Shown here: positions 1 to 10,100 of the stretch, piece after piece | Position numbering within the stretch: position 1 is the stretch's first letter | Layout: each line of letters begins with the position of its first letter | DNA from: Macrostomum lignano | Taxonomy: Eukaryota | DNA: 64,000 nt | Assembly: GCA_002269645.1 (NCBI GenBank) | Contig: NIVC01003179.1 | Location: 49,659-113,658 of the forward strand | Direction of reading: 5' to 3' | Notes under the pieces: generated by a model | Seen by the model: the letters and a program-made list of their open reading frames with translations, nothing else | The model's database searches: none | Told to the model about the DNA's origin: nothing | Translations under genes and position numbers: made by a program

Positions 1-2604
1 AAGCCCTGGCTAGCGTGGAAGCCGCCATTCGATCAGCCGCTCTGGCTAATCCTGGCGTACGTTTTGCGTTGCTTAGCGACGGCGAAGCGTTGCTAAGCCT
101 GCCAGAGTGCGCCAGTCTGAATGATCGCGTCAGGCAGGTGCTCAGCTATGCCGTGTGGCAGCAGATGCAGCGGCTTGACTGTCAGATTAACAATGCAGTG
201 GGCGGTCGGGTCGTTGCGTTTGTGCCAGCCAGCGGTGCTGACAAGGCTATGCTGTTTCGGAATGGAGATCTGCATAGCTTCTTCATTGGTGAGTAAAATA
301 TTGATCATTTCAGTGTTAAACAGCTTGTGACCCGTTTTGAGACCTTGATGATCCCTTTTCAGACCCTGATGACCCCTTTTCAGACCTTGATGACCCCTTT
401 TCAGACTTTAATGACCCCTTTTAAGACCCTGATGACCCCTTTTCAGACCTTGATGACCCCTTTTCAGACCCTGATGACCCCTTTTCAGACCCTGATGACC
501 CCTTTTCAGACCCTGATGACCCCTTTTCAGACTTTAATGACCCCTTTTAAGACCCTGATGACCCCTTTTCAGACCTTGATGACCCCTTTTCAGACCCTGA
601 TGACCCCTTTTCAGACCTTGATGACCCCTTTTCAGACCTTGATGACCCCTTTTCAGACCTTGATGGCCCATTTTAAGACCTAATGAACCCTTTTGAGACC
701 TTAATGACCCCTTTTCAGACCTTGATGACCCCTTTTCAGACCCTGATGACCCCTTTTCAGACCTTGATGACCCCTTTTCAGACCTTGATGACCCATTTTA
801 AGACCTTAATGAACCCTTTTGAGACCTTAATGAGCCCTTTTTAGACCTTAAAGACCCCTTTGGAGACCTTAATGAGCCCTTTTCAGACCTTAATGAGCCC
901 TTTTCAGACCTTGATGACCCCTTTTCAGACCTTGATGACCCCTTTTCTTCAGGCCTTGATGATCCCTTTTCGGACCTTGATGACCCATTTTTAGACCTTC
1001 ATGACCCCTTTTGAGACCTTAATGACCCACTTTCGCAATTTGCAGTATGGATCACTCAAGTAAATCCCCTTAATGACCCCATTTTTCGACCTACCAGTCT
1101 TATTCACTTGAGTAACCTTGAGTCGCAAGATTAGCACAAGCCAATCTAGACACTTAAGCCTCTATCAATCAATGCACCTAGCTAGCATAACTGAAGATAT
1201 TAAACAAATTAATTTGCAGTCAACAGACGCCCAGTACAGTCAGCTAAGCTCGTGAAAATGATTCGTTCTACAATCTCCTCTGCATTCGGCGTGCCAACCA
1301 AGCTGCCCGTGTGCGTTCTGTCAATTGAACTGCCAGCAGATGCTCTCGATGTGAACTTGAACGCAGCCAAGACTCAAATAGGCCTAGCTAATGAAGCCGC
1401 TGTGCTAGAATCTATTAGAACTATGCTATTGGATACTGTGCCAAATCAATCGTTAGCTACCGTGTCGAATACTGTTGCTACTACTGCAGACATAGTAGTT
1501 GCTAATAATAATAATGCTCCTGATTCAATTGTTAGTAATGCCAACAACAAGGATGTCAGAGCTGATGCTGCTGGTGCAGCTGCTGAGAGCCACTTGCCGA
1601 CATCTCCGGTGGCTCCATCTGCGGAATCGCCTGATCAAACTGAGCAGCAGCAGCATCAAATACGAATTTCCACATCAAATACGAGGTCCACACGAATGCG
1701 GAGGAAGCGCTGAAGGTGTGGGAGTGGTGGAAGAGGAAACCACCGGAAAACTGCTAGACATCAGCAACAACAACAACAACAACAGCAACAGCAGCAGCAG
1801 CCTCAGCAACAACAGCAGCAACAGCAACAGCATCAACAGCAGCAGCATCAACAGCAGCAGCAGCAGCAACAACAGCAGCATCAGCAGCAACAACAACAGC
1901 AGCATCAGCAACAGCATCAACAGCAGCAGCATCAACAGCAGCAGAATCAGCAGCATCAGCAACAGCAGCAGCAGCAGCCGATGCCGTCTGCAGTTGATAT
2001 TTTTGACCCAACTGCTGTTGCGATGCAAGGAGGCGGTGGCGGGGCAGACCTGATGCAGCAGCTTATCGACCTAACCGCGATAGACGACAACAGCAGAGAA
2101 GACAGTTCAGTGGCAGATCATCTGGCCGAGTCCCCGGTGCCAAGACGCCGACTCCAACCGGATTTGGAAGCTGCTCCACTCGGCGACAAGCCGCGATCGG
2201 CGAAGCGGCCGAGACCCGAGCCGGCTGATCAAGCGAGTGACGTCGCAGCTCCGCCGCCAGCGATGCCGACCTACTCGGATCTGGCCTCGATTCACAGGCG
2301 ACGCTGCCGACTGCCAGCTCGGTGCAGTGCAGACCGGCTCAGCCAGCTGTTTGAGTCGCTGCAAGCAGCTGATGCATTTTGCTACAGCATTAGTGCCATT
2401 TACCCATCCGCAGTTCGGTATGTTGGCCAGCTGGCTGACTACGGCTTCGTGATTGGCGTTGACTCAACTGGGGCGCTGTACGCTTTTAGAGCTGCCTCAT
2501 CAACTGATGCTGGACAGGCTGATAATACAGCTGTTTATACTCGTATGCAAGAACAGATTAACAATGGTAAAGGGAAACTCTTGACTAGGCTAGCTAGTGA
2601 GTGA
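1..2604 (+). CDS. MutL-family DNA mismatch repair protein (PMS1-like), 5'-partial, with an in-frame TGA at 1711-1713
   Basis: Exon <1-288 ends at G|GTGAGT. The next exon starts at 1220 after TTTGCAG, and the phases join to give ...SFFI-V-NRRPVQSAKL... Motifs AALANPGVRF, FIVNRRPV and LDVNLNAAKTQIGLANE match the MutL ATPase/transducer region (compare PMS1 VDVNLTPDKSQVLL). YVGQLADYGFVIG resembles the start of the MutL C-terminal domain. ORFs 1252-1713 and 1981-2604 are in one frame, joined by a poly-Q stretch. A possible extra donor GTGAGT lies at 2597. Confidence 0.78.
327..1085. repeat. 21-bp minisatellite (ATGACCCCTTTTCAGACCTTG)n in the MutL intron
   Basis: Tandem units are directly visible and produce the spurious MTPFQTL ORF. 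Confidence 0.97.
1760..1980 (+). repeat. CAG/CAA trinucleotide repeat (poly-Q in the MutL frame)
   Basis: Mixed CAG/CAA/CAT run in frame with both flanking MutL ORFs. Confidence 0.9.
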
Positions 2605-3060
2605 CTACCAGTTGGAACTTTTGAACCTTCTGTAAGTAGTACGTGCGGATCTGTAGCAAATCTGTAGCAGAAACGAACCCAGAGTGCGGGACCTCCTCTC
2701 CTTGGTAGTCCTGTTATTTACAGCCATACAAGTAGTCATTTCTTAGTGTTGCATTTGCAAACAGTTAATTAACCTGCTATTGCTATATTAATCGTGTTTA
2801 TTGAACGTGCTGGCATTTCGTGGTTGCTATCGCCTTTCTACAATATTCGTTAGTCGTAATTAAAACTCACCTTGGCCTTCTATTGATCTGTAATCTGTCT
2901 ACAAATCCATGTTTGTCATCAATTATAATTATCATCAATAAATTATGCACTTTATGATTGCCATTTGGGCGGTTTGCTCTCATAATTTGATATTTTCAAC
3001 TTAAATAAAAGTACACGTATTGACGATTTTTCTATTGTGTTCAAGTGTTTAAGCGACATT

Positions 3061-3322
3061 GTCAGTCGCTCGCGAAATGCATTTACTCACCATTCCGCCG
3101 ACTCCCCTGAGCAGGCACACAAGCGCGCGGATACGTACGCAGTCATACGCACAGGCACACACTCACACAGGACAGGAGTGTACAGCGGCCATAAATTTAT
3201 TTATCGTTAGGCATGTACACTTCACTGTGCCTTGGGGGTTGGCCCTCAAGGAAAATTGAAATAAAAGCAGAGCCAAGATTTGGAATCGAACCTGGGCCGC
3301 TGGTGACAGACTACTAGGCTAT
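3061..3322 (-). mobile_element. tRNA-derived SINE, hairpin-domain family, copy 1
   Basis: The minus strand reads TAGCCTAGTAG...GGTTCGATTCC (A/B-box-like). The body aligns by eye with 10755-10921 (+) and 7340-7431 (-). Confidence 0.7.
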
Positions 3323-4107
3323 GCCCCCCCCCATTTTTTCAGTCTATGCTAACCTGTAGAGTTCTTAACGTGAAACTGACGCTCGTATTTTAAGCGCGAT
3401 TAAGCTACTTATATTCCATTTCCAAGTAGTACATGCGCGTGCAAAAAATTATTTAAAAGCTAATTATTTCACAATGGCACCTGATCAGTAATTAATATAG
3501 AAATTCTGCAGTATTCGCAAACCATGCAGGTAGTACAAATTCCACTATGGAATGGGAAATAACATGTAACAAACCACTGTGTTGGGTAAACGAAGTTATA
3601 AAATCAATGAGTATTGACTGCCAAAGACCCGATATAGCGTACAGAAAGAAGCTTATCGTGCCTACTGAAAGTAGGCTAGCTAGAATCGTATTTAAATGTG
3701 TTAAAATGTGTCATCCAGAAATTTTGCTCTACAAATTTAAACTTGGCAGTTTGCATCCCAGCTGACAGCCTAGATAATTTCCCTTTGCGATTATTGTTTT
3801 TTTACTTTGATCCCTATCAAGCAACTTATTCTGCAAAAATGGCCCATTTTACAGATCTGGCTTGAAGCGGCTTGTAGGGGTGACTCATATTTTGTTAAGT
3901 AAGATATACATTCATGCTTTTTGTTCTGACTAATTATACCAATAATACATCGTAAATTATAGAGAACATGAACTTTAGTACGGATGACCTGATAAAAATA
4001 AAAAGAATGACTAAGGATCGTTACTCCCGGGCCTCCGGCTGTAACATGTAACCTGCTCAGTAACTTGTTAACACTGCCACCGCTATAGACTGTTATGACT
4101 GCTGCTG

Positions 4108-4626
4108 TCAGTTTTGCTCCTGCGTTGGCGGCGGCACAACCACCATCGGTTTGTGCGAGTGGTGCAGCACATAGTCGCTAACGGAGCCGAGCACCGTTCT
4201 GCGGACGAGGCCGGAGCCCCGGCTGCCGATAACGATAAGGTCGACTGACTCCTCCTCGGCCACAGCGGCTATCACCGGCCCAGCGCTGCGGCCGAGGCGC
4301 TCCAGGAATCGCAGGTTATTTCTATCCCGCTCGAGGTCTGGGCTGCAGATGCCCAACTCTACACAGATATTCCGCGTTACCTCGGCCAGCTGCCTGGCCT
4401 CGGACATGGCCCGGTTGATGACCGCAGTGTAGTTCTCGGCCACCGCCATGCCGGCCATGCCGAAGCCAAGCGCCAGTTCGGGCGGCTCGGTCACGTTGAC
4501 AAGAACGACCGCGTCATCGGGCCGGTGCAGCTTCTCGGCGTACCAGCGCAGAGCCCGCTCGCTGTGCCGGCTGCCGTCGATGGCGATGAGCACAACTCGA
4601 CCGTTGATCGGCCTGTTCGACTCCAT
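4108..4626 (-). CDS. Universal stress protein (UspA domain), 172 aa, intronless
   Basis: VLIAIDGSRHSERAL N-terminal strand and DLIVIGSRGSGLVRRTVLGSVSDYVLHH, which contains the G-2X-G-9X-G(S/T) ATP-binding motif of USPs. Complete ATG-to-stop ORF. Confidence 0.95.
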   Translation of the reverse strand: MESNRPINGRVVLIAIDGSRHSERALRWYAEKLHRPDDAVVLVNVTEPPELALGFGMAGMAVAENYTAVINRAMSEARQLAEVTRNICVELGICSPDLERDRNNLRFLERLGRSAGPVIAAVAEEESVDLIVIGSRGSGLVRRTVLGSVSDYVLHHSHKPMVVVPPPTQEQN

Positions 4627-5039
4627 TGCTCGGCCAGTGTTTGAATAATTTCCAGCTCAGTCTAAAGCAAATAACTGCAGTCAAATTTTCTTTTTTTATA
4701 TACAACGAAATCCAACATCCGGCATTCTAGCTCAATTGGAAATCGATTGCATCAAAATAGTCAACATCCTGCTGTTTAGATCTGTATCTATCTAGATCTA
4801 GATCTATATGTTTAGAACATTTATCACTGGGATTGGCTAGTCCGGATACATTTTGAGGGCGCAATTTTCGGCTAATTTTCATAACTAGCTCGTATGCATT
4901 GAACTTACTTATTTAACCTACGAGTGGCAAATTAACGGTTTAACCTACACTTTAAATTTTACCTTATCTTAATCTGAGGCAAGGCCACTTGGCCACTAAG
5001 CTCAGATAATTTTATGAGTTTTATTACAGTAATAAAATC

Positions 5040-6290
5040 CACGACAAGAAGGGGTGGCAGACCATTAATGACTGGAAGGGGTTGGCAGACCAATGACCGG
5101 AGGGGGTGGCAGATTACCAATGACTGGAGGGGGTGGCAGATCACCAATGACTGGAGGGGGTGGCAGATCACCAATGACTGGAGGGGGTGGCAGATCACCA
5201 ATGACTGGAGGGGGTGGCAGATCACGAATGACTGGAGGGGGTGGGAGATCACGAATGACTGGAGGGGTGGCAGATCACGAATGACTGGAGGGGTGGCAGA
5301 TCACCAATGACTGGAGGGGGTGGGAGATCACCAATGACTGGAGGGGGTGGGAGATCACGAATGACTGGAGGGGGTGGGAGATCACGAATGACTGGAGGGG
5401 GTGGCAGATCACAAATGACTGGAGGGGGTGGCAGATCACCAATGACTGGAGAGGTGGCAGACCAATGACTGGAGAGGGTGGCAGATCACAAATGACCGGA
5501 GGGGTGGCAGATCACAAATGACTGGAGGGGGTGGCAGATCACAAGTGACTGGAGAGGTGGCAGACCAATGACTGGAGAGGGTGGCAGATCACAAATGACC
5601 GGAGGGGTGGCAGACCAATGACCGGAGGGGGTGGCAGATTACCAATGACTGGAGGGGGTGGCAGATCACCAATGACTGGAGGGGGTGGCAGATCACCAAT
5701 GACTGGAGGGGGTGGCAGATCACCAATGACTGGAGGGGGTGGCAGATCACGAATGACTGGAGGGGGTGGGAGATCACGAATGACTGGAGGGGTGGCAGAT
5801 CACGAATGACTGGAGGGGTGGCAGATCACCAATGACTGGAGGGGGTGGGAGATCACCAATGACTGGAGGGGTGGGAGATCACGAATGACTGGAGGGGGTG
5901 GGAGATCACGAATGACTGGAGGGGGTGGCAGATCACAAATGACTGGAGGGGGTGGCAGATCACCAATGACTGGAGAGGTGGCAGACCAATGACTGGAGAG
6001 GGTGGCAGATCACAAATGACCGGAGGGGTGGCAGATCACAAATGACTGGAGGGGGTGGCAGATCACAAGTGACTGGAGAGGTGGCAGACCAATGACTGGA
6101 GAGGGTGGCAGATCACAAATGACCGGAGGGGTGGCAGACCAATTACTGGAGAGGGTGGCAGATCACAAATGACTGGAGGGGGTGGCAGATCACCAATGAC
6201 TGGAGGGGGTGGCAGATCACCAATAACCGGAGGGGTGGCAGATCACCAATGACTGGAGGGGTGGCAGACCAATAACCGGAAGGGTGGCAG
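5040..6290. repeat. 27-bp G-rich minisatellite (TGGCAGATCACCAATGACTGGAGGGGG)n with a ~525-bp higher-order duplication
   Basis: Units are directly visible. Identical ORF blocks at 5093 and 5618 are offset by 525 bp. Confidence 0.96.
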
Positions 6291-7132
6291 TCGCAGACCA
6301 CCAGCGAGCAGGATGAGATCAAACAGTCCAAAAAATGAACACACCAAACAAACAGATTTGATAGAATTTTCTGTCTCAGAATAGAGGTGAAAAACGCACC
6401 TTGCCTTTCAAAACCGGATGTTAAATAACCAACTTAATATTATAGCTGTCAGGCAAGGGATAATTCAAGAGACTTATATTTTAAAAGGAGCTTACTTCCA
6501 AAAATTTGTTAAGTTGAGAAACAGTAAGAAAAAAAACAAAAAAACTGAGAAACTGTAGCGGTACAAACGGACAATTCTCTCTCACATAACCAGCCAGATT
6601 GCAACCATCAGTCGATTAACAAGCAGTTAAATTAACAAAACACACAACGGTTTCCCATATGATTATAACAATAATAACACTAATAATAATAATAATACGC
6701 TCGTAGTAATCTAAATATTAAATAACACCCAAGTCAAAGTACTATTGCTAAAGGGTATTAACTTTTTGAAGGATGCTATAAATAGATTTAGTATAATAAT
6801 ATTAATTTCTCTTTGCGAACAAATTCATGCATAGTGTATTATCATCCAAATGTTAATAGTTTAAACTCAGCTGATTCAATACTAGTAAACGCGCGGAATT
6901 AAACTTTTTACTAATATTATTAATAACAGTTTGGGATTGAGTTAACGCAAATAACAGCGACAATAAAGATATTACTTGTAGTAGTACTGGATGCTCAAGC
7001 AAGAGGTCGGGTTAATAAATTCAGCCAATAACAAAATTTGAAAAACTGTCTGACTCCCCAAAAAACGTTAGATTTTCTCCATCATCTTAAGCCGTTGAAG
7101 ACGCCTTGCCCCTAATCGATTCTTTCCCGCCT

Positions 7133-10100
7133 TCAAGACATGGCCTTCACAGTCTTGTACTTGCGTCTTGGATCCATGGCTGCAGCGAGAATGCGAGAAT
7201 ACAAATTATTAACTATTGTCAACTCAACAAAAAATTGAGCACCTCTTAGATTATAGCAATTCTTTGTTTCACTCACCAGGAAAGCTGACGTAGGGCCAAC
7301 CTGAAAAAAGGAAAAAAAATAGCGAAAGATAAACACACTGCATTACTTTGAACGCGCACACAGGAGTGCACAGCGGCCCTTTGACTTTATATTCGTCAGG
7401 CATGTGCACTCCGTGTATTGGTGGGTTGGCCCTAACCCTAACCAGGAGGGGGGTCGCAGTGCGAGAGATCCGTGTATTGGTGGGTTGGCCCTAACCCTAA
7501 CCAGGAGGGGGGTCGCAGTGCGAGAGATCCGTGTATTGGTGGGTTGGCCCTTACCCTAACCAGGAGGGGGGGGGTCGCAGCGCGAGAGATCCGTGTATTG
7601 GTGGGTTGGCCCTAACCCTAACCAGGAGGGGGTCGCAGTGCGAGAGATCCGTGTATTGGTGGGTTGGCCCTAACCCTAACCAGGAGGGGGGGGGTCGCAG
7701 CGCGAGAGATCCGTGTATTGGTGGGTTGGCCCTAACCCTAACCAGGAGGGGGGTCGCAGTGCGAGAGATCCGTGTATTGGTGGGTTGGCCCTAACCCTAA
7801 CCAGGAGGGGGGTCGCAGTGCGAGAGATCCGTGTATTGGTGGGTTGGCCCTAACCCTAACCAGGAGGGGGGGGGGTCGCAGCGCGAGAGATCCGTGTATT
7901 GGTGGGTTGGCCCTAACCCTAACCAGGAGGGGGGTCGCAGTGCGAGAGATCCGTGTATTGGTGGGTTGGCCCTAACCCTAACCAGGAGGGGGGTCGCAGT
8001 GCGAGAGATCCGTGTATTGGTGGGTTGGCCCTAACCCTAACCAGGAGGGGGGGGGTCGCAGCGCGAGAGATCCGTGTATTGGTGGGTTGGCCCTTACCCT
8101 AACCAGGAGGGGGGGTCGCAGCGCGAGAGATCCGTGTATTGGTGGGTTGGCCCTCACCCTAACCAGGAGGGGGGGTCGCAGCGCGAGAGATCCGTGTATT
8201 GGTGGGTTGGCCCTAACCCTAACCAGGAGGGGGGTCGCAGTGCGAGAGATCCGTGTATTGGTGGGTTGGCCCTAACCCTAACCAGGAGGGGGGGGGTCGC
8301 AGCGCGAGAGATCCGTGTATTGGTGGGTTGGCCCTCACCCTAACTAGGAGGGGGGTCGCAGCGCGAGAGATCCGTGTATTGGTGGGTTGGCCCTTACCCT
8401 AACCAGGAGGGGGGGGGTCGCAGCGCGAGAGATCCGTGTATTGGTGGGTTGGCCCTAACCCTAACCAGGAGGGGGGGTCGCAGCGCGAGAGATCCGTGTA
8501 TTGGTGGGTTGGCCCTAACCCTAACCAGGAGGGGGGGGGTCGCAGCGCGAGAGATCCGTGTATTGGTGGGTTGGCCCTAACCCTAACCAGGAGGGGGGTC
8601 GCAGTGCGAGAGATCCGTGTATTGGTGGGTTGGCCCTAACCCTAACCAGGAGGGGAGGTCGCAGCGCGAGAGATCCGTGTATTGGTGGGTTGGCCCTAAC
8701 CCTAACCAGGAGGGGAGGTCGCAGCGCGAGAGATCCGTGTATTGGTGGGTTGGCCCTCACCCTAACCAGGAGGGGGGGAGGGGGGGGGTCGCAGCGAGAG
8801 AGAGACTATTTTCTCTTCCGGTCTTGTAGCCTAGTGGTTAGAGCGTCGGGGGTTCGATTCCTGACCCACTCAGAACAATTTGTGTCCTTTAGCAAGACAG
8901 TTAACTCTGCATTGCTTCAGTTCACCCAGCTGTAAAATGGGTGCCAGCATTAGCTGGGGTAATTGAGGGTGTGTGTGGCGACCCCCCAGTCCTTGGACCG
9001 AACAGCCGTACGCAGCCTTCAGATGCGCCGCGCAATGGCTGCGGCTGAGCAGTCGGTTGCACATCTGCCATTAGTGCAGGTGTAATAAATTATGATAACT
9101 ATTATTTCTTCCGGCGAATTTTCCCTTCAGACTCACCCGGTGCAAAGTTGCCGTAACCGCCGGCACCAATAGGTGGATAATTCGGATACTGCGGGGGCGG
9201 CGGCATCTCCAATTGATGGCACTGGCGAAGCTTCTCGGCTATGAAAGCCTCGGCTTGGCACATGCCGTCCAGGGAGCCGCGCACAGTGATGATGCGGTCC
9301 ATGCTGAAGCTCTTGCCCATCGAGTCGAATGAGGTGATGGTCGGCGAGCTGGAATGGTGGGGTTGGTAAGGATTTGATCTTGACTGCTGCAGCATCCCAG
9401 ACTGTAGTACCAGATGCCTATTGCAGCAGCCCAGACTGTAGTACCAGATGCCTATTGCAGCAGCCCAGACTGTAGTACCAGATGCCTATTGCAGCAGCCC
9501 AGACTGTAGTACCAGATGCCTACTGCAGCAGCCCAGACTGTAGTACCAGATGCCTATTGCAGCAGCCCAGACTGTAGTACCAGATGCCTATTGCAGCATC
9601 CCAGACTGTAGTACCAGATGCCTATTGCAGCAGCCCAGACTGTAGTACCAGATGCCTATTGCAGCATCCCAGACTGTAGTACCAGATGCCTATTGCAGCA
9701 TCCCAGACTGTAGTACCAGATGCCTATTGTAGCAGCCCAGACTGTAGTACCAGATGCCTATTGCAGCAGCCCAGACTGTAGTACCAGATGCCTATTGCAG
9801 CAGCCCAGACTGTAGTACCAGATGCCTATTGCAGCATCCCAGACTGTAGTACCAGATGCCTATTGCAGCAGCCCAGACTGTAGTACCAGATGCCTATTGC
9901 AGCATCCCAGACTGTAGTACCAGATGCCTATTGCAGCATCCCAGACTGTAGTACCAGATGCCTATTGTAGCAGCCCAGACTGTAGTACCAGATGCCTATT
10001 GCAGCACCCCAGACTGTAGTACCAGATGCCTATTGCAGCACACCAGACTGTAGTACCAGATGCCTACTGCAGCACCCGACTGTACCACAAGACACGAGAA

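Noticed and set aside
1711-1713. Selenocysteine recoding of the MutL TGA
   Set aside because: It lies in a low-complexity linker, MutL proteins are not known selenoproteins, and I could not identify a SECIS element.
4675-6400. Possible 5' UTR exons or trans-splice acceptor linking Imp and USP in an operon (AG at 4676-4675, donor-like sites near 4960 and 6400)
   Set aside because: Weak pyrimidine tract and no transcript evidence.
7411-8803. CRISPR-like appearance of regular ~60-bp units
   Set aside because: The units are contiguous tandem copies with no unique spacers, there are no cas genes, and the context is a eukaryotic intron.
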